Part shown: piece after piece, positions 37,417 through 45,136 of the stretch | Position numbering within the stretch: position 1 is the stretch's first letter | Layout: every line of letters starts with the position of its first letter | Source of the DNA: Minisyncoccota bacterium | Lineage (GTDB): Bacteria; Patescibacteriota; Minisyncoccia; Phycocordibacterales; UBA2100 | DNA length: 64,000 bases | Direction of reading: 5' to 3' | Assembly (NCBI GenBank): GCA_031291875.1 | Contig: JARLIE010000040.1 | Span: 3,011 to 67,010, forward strand | Program-made: the position numbers and the translations under genes | The notes under the pieces: generated by a model | Databases searched by the model: none | What the model saw: the letters and a program-made list of their open reading frames with translations, nothing else | Told to the model about the DNA's origin: nothing

Positions 37417-37721
37417 ACGACACCGAGCCTACACTGTCACTCACGAGCAGTATCCTCCTAATCGTCATCGGACTGATAGCTGATATTGCGAAAGCGGTGC
37501 TCGACTTCTTTTTTGTCGGTTTTATTTTGGATCCATTCGTAATAACACCCATTACGGCGATTGTTTTCGGGATGATTCTTGATCAGAACGGTATTTCGAT
37601 GTTTTCCGGAAAACGCTGGGTCGCCGGTTGGGTCAATCTTGTTTTCAGCCTTATTCCCGTACTCGACTGGTTGCCCGATTGGACCGCATACGCTGTATAT
37701 TTGGCCATTAAATATCGGTAG
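37413..37721 (+). CDS. Small hydrophobic membrane protein (pilin-like candidate)
   Basis: 102 aa with 3 hydrophobic segments. ATGA overlap with the VirB4 stop, suggesting translational coupling. Confidence 0.5.
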   Translation: MNDTEPTLSLTSSILLIVIGLIADIAKAVLDFFFVGFILDPFVITPITAIVFGMILDQNGISMFSGKRWVAGWVNLVFSLIPVLDWLPDWTAYAVYLAIKYR

Positions 37722-37750
37722 CGGCTCCATTGTCACGGTATAATGAATTG

Positions 37751-38770
37751 ATGCAGCGTAAGCTCGTCGCGCTCGTTTTTATAGGCACGATTTTTTTTGC
37801 GCTTCCTGTACTCGCACAATCGAATTCGATTGGCACAAGTGCCCTCACAATATCCGCAGCGCCAGCGTACCCGAGCCCCAACACGACTGTGACGCTGACC
37901 GCTGAAAGCCCGCTTCTAGACCTTCAAAACAGCACGATTACTTGGGTAGTAAACGGCGCCACGGTGGGAACGGGTATTTCTACCAAGGTACAGCTCGGCG
38001 CGGTCGGAAAAGAAACCGACGTGAGCGTCTCGGTTTCCGGTCCAAGTGGCAGTGATTCAGCTTCGCTCGCGCTCGTACCGACATCCATCGACCTTTTATG
38101 GGAGGGGGACTCTTATGTTCCTCCATTTTATAAAGGTCGCGCGGTGCCCGGTTCCAACTCTTCAATCCGGGTCCTTGCCATTCCGCACTTCATAACTACA
38201 AGCGGGAAGGGGGTCGCCTCTTCCAATATTCAGTTTACCTGGAGCGTAAACGGCGCAGTTGATCGAGCCCAATCAGGCGTCGGAGAGTCTTCAGCCATCT
38301 TCCCGGCCGCCGTGTTATATGGGAACGACACCATCGACGTCGTCGCTCGCTCAACCGACGGCTCTCTCTCGGGCGAAGCGTCTATCGTAGTGCCGACACA
38401 GAATCCTCAGTTGGTCCTTTACGAAGACAACCCTTTGTTTGGAATCATGTACCACCGACCGCTCTCTCAATCGAGTACGGCAAACGAATCAGAGACCTCT
38501 TTTGCGGCAGTGCCTTATTTCTCGAATGCAAAGTCGGCAAACGATACATCGCTCGCGTATAATTGGACCGTGAATGGCTCTGCCGTGGCCGCTGATCCTA
38601 AAGATCCTAGCGAAATAACTATCACGACCAAGTCGGCGGGAATCGCGAATATAGCGCTCTCCATCGTAAATGCATTCGATCCATTCTTCTCTGCGTCCGG
38701 TTCGTGGCAAGTAAGCTTCACGGGAGCTTCTGGAACAGGAAGCGATCAATTCCACTCTTCTTCGCAATAG
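37751..38770 (+). CDS. Secreted hypothetical protein (beta-rich, Ig-like repeats suspected)
   Basis: Signal peptide (MQRKLVALVFIGTIFFALPVLAQS). Repeated roughly 90-aa segments with similar V/S/G/T patterns. Confidence 0.55.
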   Translation: MQRKLVALVFIGTIFFALPVLAQSNSIGTSALTISAAPAYPSPNTTVTLTAESPLLDLQNSTITWVVNGATVGTGISTKVQLGAVGKETDVSVSVSGPSGSDSASLALVPTSIDLLWEGDSYVPPFYKGRAVPGSNSSIRVLAIPHFITTSGKGVASSNIQFTWSVNGAVDRAQSGVGESSAIFPAAVLYGNDTIDVVARSTDGSLSGEASIVVPTQNPQLVLYEDNPLFGIMYHRPLSQSSTANESETSFAAVPYFSNAKSANDTSLAYNWTVNGSAVAADPKDPSEITITTKSAGIANIALSIVNAFDPFFSASGSWQVSFTGASGTGSDQFHSSSQ

Positions 38771-38771
38771 T

Positions 38772-40013
38772 ATGAGCAAGTACATCAGTCTGATTCGTCT
38801 CGTAGTGGTCGCCCTAGCCGTTGTAATACTCGGAGCACTCCTTGGATGGTACTTCTTCTTGCATGGAAAGACGGCTCAAACGGTAATTCAAAACACCGGA
38901 GCGGGCTATGGCGTAAGCGCTCCCACGTTTCAAGGTTCGACCGGAAGCACCTACGCGAATGTCGTCTCCACTCTAGGAGCAGCACCTGGCTCAGCCACAT
39001 CGACCGCCGCACGATTGTGGGAAGTCTCTGCCGTACCTGTTGCTGGATTTGGCTGGCAAAAAACATCAGCTCCGACGCTAGATTTCGTCGAACGTTCGAG
39101 TGGCTATGTTTTTGAGGCGCAGACTCAAAGCAGAAGCGTCGTGCGACTCACAAACGTACTCAGACCGAAAGTATATGAAGCTTCTATAGCCCTCGACGGC
39201 GGACTTACCGAGCGCAGCATCGATGATAGCGGCGCCCTCATTACGTTTGCCGGCGGCCTAGCGAGCTCATCTCCTTCGGACAATGCATCGTCGACACCTA
39301 TGGATTTGGTCGGTACTGCACTCCAAACGGGAATCAACGCCATCGCTATCGATCCTGTTTCGGATACGTTGTTTTACTTGGTCCCCGGACCATCCGGCGT
39401 CTCCTTAGTTTCAAGCAGTCTCTCCGGTACTAAGCAAAGGCGTATATTCTCCTCGGCTATAGTAGGGTGGAGACTGATTGCCCCGGGAGATGGGACACTT
39501 GTACTGCAACAAAATCCGCTTGATGGCTCTACCGGCTATGCGTATCAGCTCCAAAAAACTGGCACCCTTTCTTTGATTGCACAAGCGCCGGGGCTTACCG
39601 TATTACCGCGAGCATCTTCGTCCGCACTGATTTTTGGCTCTTCTTCGAGCGGTCAGCTTTCGTTGTTCGTTCAGCCAAGCGCTTCAATTTCGCCGGAGCG
39701 TCTCGCTATGCAGACAGTGGCTGATAAATGCGCCTGGGCTCCGGGGGTAAGCCTTATCGCATACTGCGCAGCGCCCCTGAACATACCGTCACAGAATTTC
39801 CTTAATGATTGGTATAAAGGCCTCGTGCACACAAGCGATAAATTCTACGAGATAGACGCGTCGATGGCTTCCAGTACGCTGATCTACGATCCTACGGGCG
39901 ATACCAGCGCGCAATTCGACGTACAAAGCATGTCGGTAGATCCGACAGGTCAATTCCTCGCCTTTATTAATGCCAAGGATCAATCATTGTGGGTCTTGCG
40001 TATCTCCCAATAA
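38772..40013 (+). CDS. Membrane-anchored hypothetical protein with beta-propeller-like C-terminal region
   Basis: N-terminal TM (LIRLVVVALAVVILGALLGWYFF). C-terminal ...DPTGQFLAFINAKDQSLWVL resembles a TolB/WD40-like blade. A VirB8-like role is possible but unproven. Confidence 0.5.
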   Translation: MSKYISLIRLVVVALAVVILGALLGWYFFLHGKTAQTVIQNTGAGYGVSAPTFQGSTGSTYANVVSTLGAAPGSATSTAARLWEVSAVPVAGFGWQKTSAPTLDFVERSSGYVFEAQTQSRSVVRLTNVLRPKVYEASIALDGGLTERSIDDSGALITFAGGLASSSPSDNASSTPMDLVGTALQTGINAIAIDPVSDTLFYLVPGPSGVSLVSSSLSGTKQRRIFSSAIVGWRLIAPGDGTLVLQQNPLDGSTGYAYQLQKTGTLSLIAQAPGLTVLPRASSSALIFGSSSSGQLSLFVQPSASISPERLAMQTVADKCAWAPGVSLIAYCAAPLNIPSQNFLNDWYKGLVHTSDKFYEIDASMASSTLIYDPTGDTSAQFDVQSMSVDPTGQFLAFINAKDQSLWVLRISQ

Positions 40014-40022
40014 TCACGCGTT

Positions 40023-40442
40023 ATGAAAAAGCTATTTAAGAAATTGGATTTCCGTACGCTAGGCCTCCTCTTCCAGGGAACATTCGTACCGCTTTCCGGT
40101 GGTATAAACGGAAGCTCTTCGGGATCGAATCTTGCCGGACCTTTGTCGCAATGGTTTTCAAGTGGAGATCTACCGCAATTCTTCAATGCAACTTTCAATA
40201 TGGCGTTTTCCGCTGGCGCGATTTCGGCAGTGCTGCGCCTTGCCTATGCGGGTTGGCTCTACATGGGAGCACAAGACATGTGGGGATCGAAACAGCGCGC
40301 AAAAGAAATCATCATGGATGCGGTGCTCGGCCTACTCTTACTTATCGGTATTTGGGTAATCCTTCACCAGATCAACCCATGCCTCCTAGACCTGAATATT
40401 CTACAATCGCTCCAAGGAGGGAGTAGCTGTAACGCGTCCTAA
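40023..40442 (+). CDS. Small membrane protein, pilin/VirB2-like candidate
   Basis: 139 aa: N-terminal leader, Gly/Ser-rich segment, then two hydrophobic helices (AGAISAVLRLAYAGWLYMG; AVLGLLLLIGIWVILH). Last gene of the block. Confidence 0.45.
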   Translation: MKKLFKKLDFRTLGLLFQGTFVPLSGGINGSSSGSNLAGPLSQWFSSGDLPQFFNATFNMAFSAGAISAVLRLAYAGWLYMGAQDMWGSKQRAKEIIMDAVLGLLLLIGIWVILHQINPCLLDLNILQSLQGGSSCNAS

Positions 40443-40452
40443 TTCTGACAGC

Positions 40453-40920
40453 TTATTCGAGCGAGTATTTAATCACCACTCGTCGGCTGCGGCCCTCGCC
40501 TTGTGATTCTGTTTTTACATTCGGAGCGTCCTGAAGAGTCGTGTGGACGATGAGACGCTCATAAGCGCTCATGGGGGAGAGCTCGACGTCGTATTGAAAA
40601 CTGCGCGCCCGCTCAGCCATCATGAGCGCTTTGGTCTGGAGGTCTTTTATTTGTTTCGTACGGTAGCCATTTACATCAATTAAAAACATTTCCGCTCGAT
40701 TGGTTTCTCCTTCATTTGATTGATTGCGCTCTTCTGAAATTTTCTTCACGAGATAATCAATGGCCTGCACCACTTCGCCTCGCGGCCCGATAAGGTCGCG
40801 CCCGTCATTGGTTTCAATCGAAAGAATTGTCTGACCAGCAGTTTCAGATCGAGAGATAGCTTTGTATGCAATGCCGGCGGCATCGAGCAATTCCTTGAGG
40901 GTGGTTTCGGGCGGATTCAT
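40453..40920 (-). CDS. jag: Jag/KhpB RNA-binding protein (KH + R3H)
   Basis: KH-like and R3H motifs (LSPMSAYERLIVHTTLQ). Canonical position next to yidC. Confidence 0.8.
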   Translation of the reverse strand: MNPPETTLKELLDAAGIAYKAISRSETAGQTILSIETNDGRDLIGPRGEVVQAIDYLVKKISEERNQSNEGETNRAEMFLIDVNGYRTKQIKDLQTKALMMAERARSFQYDVELSPMSAYERLIVHTTLQDAPNVKTESQGEGRSRRVVIKYSLE

Positions 40921-40992
40921 TTGCTTCTTGTACCACGCCGGGGGGTCAAAAACAACTTGGCATTCTTGCGTAGCGTGTCTTGGGTTGAACCG

Positions 40993-41745
40993 TTAGCGCT
41001 TTGATCCAGCGTCAGCGTCATTAAAGCGTCTTCCCGAGAGATATTCCTGCAAAATCATGAATATATTACTGGTTGTCCAGTAGAGCGGAGCGGCTGCGGA
41101 GAGTGAAAACCCAATCACTCCAATGATAGCCGGGAGCACATACCTCGCCTGGATCTCAAAACTTCTGGCCATATCGCCCGAAAGCGAAGCTTCGACAGGG
41201 GAACTCTTTTCAGTCGGTCCCATCGAAAGTCTCGTGTAGACAAACTGAGAAAGCGCGGCCAAGACCGCGAGCGGAATGTTTTTCGCCGACATATTTACGA
41301 TGCCGAGAAACTCCATATTGACCGCCGTCGGCACGTGGACGAATGCGTACAGTAAATTAGGATCGATATTCGGCAAGCCTCCGCGTGAAAACACCCAATA
41401 GAGACCAAGGAGAATCGGTAGCTGGATCAAAATGAGGACGAAGCCGGCAAAGGGATGCACGCCGCGCTCTTTATAGAGCACAAAGATTGCCCGACCTTGT
41501 TCTTCAGGATTGTTTTTGTATTTCTCTTTCAACTTTTCAACTTCCGGGCCGATTTTTTTCATTGCGAGCTGCGCCTGTACTGCGCGGCGGGAGAGGGGAA
41601 AGAGAAGGAAACGAACCACGATCGTCATTGCAACTACCGCAAGTCCTACGTCGTGCGCCGGAAGAATACCAACTAAAAACACGAGCCCGTTGTATAACGG
41701 GCGATAAATAATAGCCGAGAATGCGGCTCCTATTGCCGAAAACAC
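40993..41745 (-). CDS. yidC: Membrane protein insertase YidC (short form)
   Basis: LYNGLVFL...AMTIVVRFLLFPL...QLPILLGLYWVF are YidC/Oxa1 core motifs. Confidence 0.9.
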   Translation of the reverse strand: MFSAIGAAFSAIIYRPLYNGLVFLVGILPAHDVGLAVVAMTIVVRFLLFPLSRRAVQAQLAMKKIGPEVEKLKEKYKNNPEEQGRAIFVLYKERGVHPFAGFVLILIQLPILLGLYWVFSRGGLPNIDPNLLYAFVHVPTAVNMEFLGIVNMSAKNIPLAVLAALSQFVYTRLSMGPTEKSSPVEASLSGDMARSFEIQARYVLPAIIGVIGFSLSAAAPLYWTTSNIFMILQEYLSGRRFNDADAGSKR

Positions 41746-41754
41746 AGGTGCATT

Positions 41755-42081
41755 CTAACGCGATTCAAGCCTTAAGAAAAGCGATTCTATATCGTTCAAA
41801 ATATCTCGATAATTCGCGTTTTTTACCTCAGCTTTTGCATACAAAACAAGGGCCTGCGGTGCCTTCACAGCCGGGGCGGCTTTGGCGAGGGCGCTTCTCA
41901 TGTGGCGTTTGATCTTATTACGATCGACAGCTTTTACCGCCGTCTTTTTCGAAACGACTGTCGCGAATTTTGGCTTATTTCCTGAAAGGGGAGCGACGAG
42001 CAAAGAAAAAAACCTTCCGTGTAATCGTTTCCCGGAAAGTTTTTTCATCTCTTCGCCGGAAAGGCGACACTCTTTTGGCAT
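41755..42081 (-). CDS. rnpA: Ribonuclease P protein component
   Basis: MPKECRLSGEEMKKLSGKRLHGRFFSLLV...KIKRHMRSA matches the RnpA signature. Overlaps the rpmH stop. Confidence 0.85.
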   Translation of the reverse strand: MPKECRLSGEEMKKLSGKRLHGRFFSLLVAPLSGNKPKFATVVSKKTAVKAVDRNKIKRHMRSALAKAAPAVKAPQALVLYAKAEVKNANYRDILNDIESLFLRLESR

Positions 42082-42083
42082 CG

Positions 42084-42218
42084 CTATGCGGAGAGACGGG
42101 CACGTCCCTTGCGTCGGCGGCGGATGAGAACTTTGGTGCCGTTCTTGGAACCGGCGCGCTTCAAAAAGCCGTGCGTACGGGCGCGTTTGCGCTTCTTCGG
42201 CTGATAGGTTCGCTTCAT
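42084..42218 (-). CDS. rpmH: 50S ribosomal protein L34
   Basis: Hand-translated 44 aa: [44 protein letters not shown]. This ORF is not in the supplied ORF track because it is shorter than the 60-aa cutoff. Confidence 0.9.
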   Translation of the reverse strand: MKRTYQPKKRKRARTHGFLKRAGSKNGTKVLIRRRRKGRARLSA

Positions 42219-42388
42219 GCGCAAACCGTAGCACGTTTTGTTATTGCACACAATATTTGGCACGGTAAAATTTCTATCCCCGAGTTATCCACACCTTTTA
42301 CACACCCGCGGGGTACTTTAGAAAAGTTTTAAGGCGCAAACGCGCACATATAATACGCAAGCTGTTGGCGCATGACGGCACCCCTAAC
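42219..42388. promoter_or_regulatory. oriC part 1 / dnaA promoter region with DnaA box
   Basis: Perfect TTATCCACA at 42285..42293 and TATAAT at 42349..42354. Classic rpmH-dnaA spacer. Confidence 0.7.
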
Positions 42389-43735
42389 ATGACTAACCGC
42401 GAATTGTGGCAAAACGCGCTCGTGCAAATCGAGCTCGGCACTTCAGAGGCCTCCTTTAGAACTTGGTTCAGAAATACTGATATCGCCCATAGAGAAGGCG
42501 GTGTCGTTCAAGTTGCAGTACCCTCTAAAATCGTGAAGGAGTGGCTCTCCGAGAAACATCACAAACTTATTCTTCATGTTCTTCGTGAACTCGACAGTTC
42601 GATCCGAACTGTCGAATACGTCGTTCACCGAACGGCTCCCTCTCAGGAAAAACGCCAACGACCCCAGCAACCGACAGAAACGGTCTCCTTAGATCTCCAA
42701 TCGCTCTACATAGATAAGCGAGATAATCTCAATCCACGCTATACCTTCGACACCTTCGTCGTCGGCCCCTTCAATCAGCTTGCGCACGCAGCTGCAAAGG
42801 CAGTTCTCGAACGTCCGGGCCTTGCATACAATCCGCTGTTTATCTATGGCTCAACAGGCAGGGGTAAAACCCACCTTATCCAAGCGATAGGGAACCACTT
42901 CAAAAAGTCTCAAGGTAACAAAAAAGTCCTTTACGTAACCTCTGAACGATTTGCTGTCGACTACATCAACTCTGTCCGAGCCGGTAAGGCAAATTCCTTC
43001 AAGGACCAGTATCGAAGTTACGACGTCCTGATCATGGACGACGTACAATTCATCGCGAACACTGAGAAAACCCAGGAAGAGCTCTTCCACCTCTTCAACG
43101 CGCTCTACGACAGCAACAAGCAGATCGTTTTCTCGAGCGATAAACACCCGGCGCTCTTGCCAGGATTTGAGGATCGTATCAAAGGACGATTTTCCGCTGG
43201 AATGGTTGCTGAAATCCCAGAACCGGATATCGAGAGTAGGGCTGCCATCATTCGTGCGAAGATCGAAAGTCATGGGTTCTCTCTTCCGGACGATGCGGTG
43301 ATGTATCTTGCCGATAATGTTCGCGGCAACATTCGAGAACTCGAAGGTATTGTAAATTCAATCGTCTGCAAGTCTCAGTACAAAGGGAAGGGAGTTACCA
43401 TCAACGACGTAAAAGCACTCGTAAAACACAACGTAAAGCCTTCTAGGGGCATCTCTATCGAGGAAGTGGTGCGTCGCATCGCGCAGTACTACGAAGTGGC
43501 TGAGAAATCGATATACGAAAAGACTCGAAAAAAAGAGGTGGTAAAGCCGCGCCAGGTCATCATGTATGTGTTGCGTGAAGAGTTCAACGCTTCATATCCG
43601 TCTATCGGCGAAAAACTCGGAGGTCGCGACCACACGACGGTAATTCACTCGTGTGAAAAAATAAAAGAAGAGATCAAATCGAATACGGCGCTCGAACAAG
43701 AGCTCGATCATATTCGCACACTCATACATGCATAA
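42389..43735 (+). CDS. dnaA: Chromosomal replication initiator DnaA
   Basis: MTNRELWQNAL..., AAA+ Walker A (GSTGRGKTHL) and C-terminal DNA-binding domain. Confidence 0.92.
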   Translation: MTNRELWQNALVQIELGTSEASFRTWFRNTDIAHREGGVVQVAVPSKIVKEWLSEKHHKLILHVLRELDSSIRTVEYVVHRTAPSQEKRQRPQQPTETVSLDLQSLYIDKRDNLNPRYTFDTFVVGPFNQLAHAAAKAVLERPGLAYNPLFIYGSTGRGKTHLIQAIGNHFKKSQGNKKVLYVTSERFAVDYINSVRAGKANSFKDQYRSYDVLIMDDVQFIANTEKTQEELFHLFNALYDSNKQIVFSSDKHPALLPGFEDRIKGRFSAGMVAEIPEPDIESRAAIIRAKIESHGFSLPDDAVMYLADNVRGNIRELEGIVNSIVCKSQYKGKGVTINDVKALVKHNVKPSRGISIEEVVRRIAQYYEVAEKSIYEKTRKKEVVKPRQVIMYVLREEFNASYPSIGEKLGGRDHTTVIHSCEKIKEEIKSNTALEQELDHIRTLIHA

Positions 43736-43958
43736 CCTTGTGGAAAAGCATGGGAGAAGGTTGGGAAAAGTATCTAATAACTTTCTCTTATCCACAGCAA
43801 AAAAGTTGTCCCCAAAGTTATCTGCAGTTGCTCAACAAACTATCCACATTTATAAAAACCAAAATTTCCTTGCACTGAGCCGTGAATACAACTTTTCCAC
43901 TTGTTAGACGCACTAATAGTAGTAGTAGTTTATATAAAGAAATTAAAATAAAGATTCT
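43736..43958. promoter_or_regulatory. oriC part 2: DnaA-box cluster and AT-rich unwinding element
   Basis: TTATCCACA at 43788..43796, TTATCTGCA at 43818..43826, CTATCCACA at 43840..43848. Followed by an AT-rich stretch (tttataaaaacc...tagtagtagtagtttatataaagaaattaaaataaag). Confidence 0.8.
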
Positions 43959-45056
43959 ATGAAGCTCTCCACAACGAAAAGTCAGATTCTGAATGCGACC
44001 ATTCTTGCGGAGCGCATCGCAGGAAAAAAAGAAACATTACCAGTACTTTCTTGTATCCTCATTGAGGCCGAAAAAGAGATCGTCTTACGTTCGACAAACC
44101 TTGAAGCGGGAATCGAAATCAAAATAGGTGGAGAGATTGAGGAGAAAGGAATCATTGCGGTCCCAGCAAATATTTTTTCTCAGACACTTCGTTCCATCGG
44201 TAGCGAAAAGGTTACGCTCAGGAGCGAAGAGGGAAACCTACTCATCGAATCGAAGGGAACAAAAACCCTCATCAAGGCCATTCCTCACGGTGAATTTCCA
44301 GCATTCTCTGCTTCGGAAAAGGGAAGCGGTGTGCAGCTCCCGCGGGAGCGATTTTTGGAGGCGATCCAATCCGTTGTATATGCTGCTTCTCCTTCGATGA
44401 TCAGACCTGAGCTCGGGAGTGTGTATGTTTCAGTTAAGGCTTCCAGTGTGGTTTGTGTTGCAACGGATTCATTTCGACTCGCGGAAAAAACACTACACGC
44501 TCAAGCTGCAAAGCACGAAGCTGATATCCTTATACCCCTTAAACACGCCGGAGAACTTGCCTACATTTTGGAGCGCAGCGATACCGATACGATCGAGGTG
44601 ATCGCGGAGGATGTGCAGATGACGGTTGCACTAGACGGTATACGATATGTTTCTCGCGTTATTGATGCTCAATTTCCAAACTATAAAGACGTTATCCCCA
44701 AAGACGTCGCAACCGAAGCGACACTTTTGAAAAACGACCTCGCTGAAATGTTAAAAAAGGCGCGCGTATTCGCTGGTCAGGAACAGCACCTAGGGTTTCA
44801 TATTTATCCGAAAAAGAAAATCTTTTCTGCGACTGCCCGAAGCTCTGATGTTGGAGAAATGTCCGACTCGATCGACGCAGCGCTCGAAGGCGAGGATATC
44901 GACATCAATTTCCATATTGGTTATTTAGCCGAGTGTTTATCGAGTATAGAGTCCGACTCAGTAACACTTTCGTTTGCGGGGCAGGGCCGTCCGCTTGTCG
45001 TGAAGGGGGTCTCCGATCCGAGCTTCCTCTACCTGGTAATGCCTTTGAACAGATAG
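43959..45056 (+). CDS. dnaN: DNA polymerase III beta sliding clamp
   Basis: Three-domain beta clamp. MKLSTTKSQILNATILAERIAGKKETLPVLSCILIEA is the typical DnaN N-terminus. Confidence 0.9.
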   Translation: MKLSTTKSQILNATILAERIAGKKETLPVLSCILIEAEKEIVLRSTNLEAGIEIKIGGEIEEKGIIAVPANIFSQTLRSIGSEKVTLRSEEGNLLIESKGTKTLIKAIPHGEFPAFSASEKGSGVQLPRERFLEAIQSVVYAASPSMIRPELGSVYVSVKASSVVCVATDSFRLAEKTLHAQAAKHEADILIPLKHAGELAYILERSDTDTIEVIAEDVQMTVALDGIRYVSRVIDAQFPNYKDVIPKDVATEATLLKNDLAEMLKKARVFAGQEQHLGFHIYPKKKIFSATARSSDVGEMSDSIDAALEGEDIDINFHIGYLAECLSSIESDSVTLSFAGQGRPLVVKGVSDPSFLYLVMPLNR

Positions 45057-45077
45057 AATTTCGTTCCTAAAACAAAA

Positions 45078-45119
45078 TAAAATACCGCCGTACATAAAGT
45101 AGGGCGGTATTTTATTTTT
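45078..45119. terminator. Bidirectional rho-independent terminator
   Basis: aaaataccgcc gtacataaagtag ggcggtatttt with A-run and T-run flanks. Sits between convergent dnaN and the PBP gene. Confidence 0.75.
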
Positions 45120-45136
45120 GAAAAGATACGTTGCCG

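Noticed and set aside
27760-40442. T4SS block as an integrative conjugative element or plasmid remnant
   Set aside because: No relaxase, coupling protein, integrase, flanking direct repeats or tRNA-targeted insertion is visible in the window. It cannot be excluded, because flanks beyond oriC are housekeeping, but there is no positive evidence.
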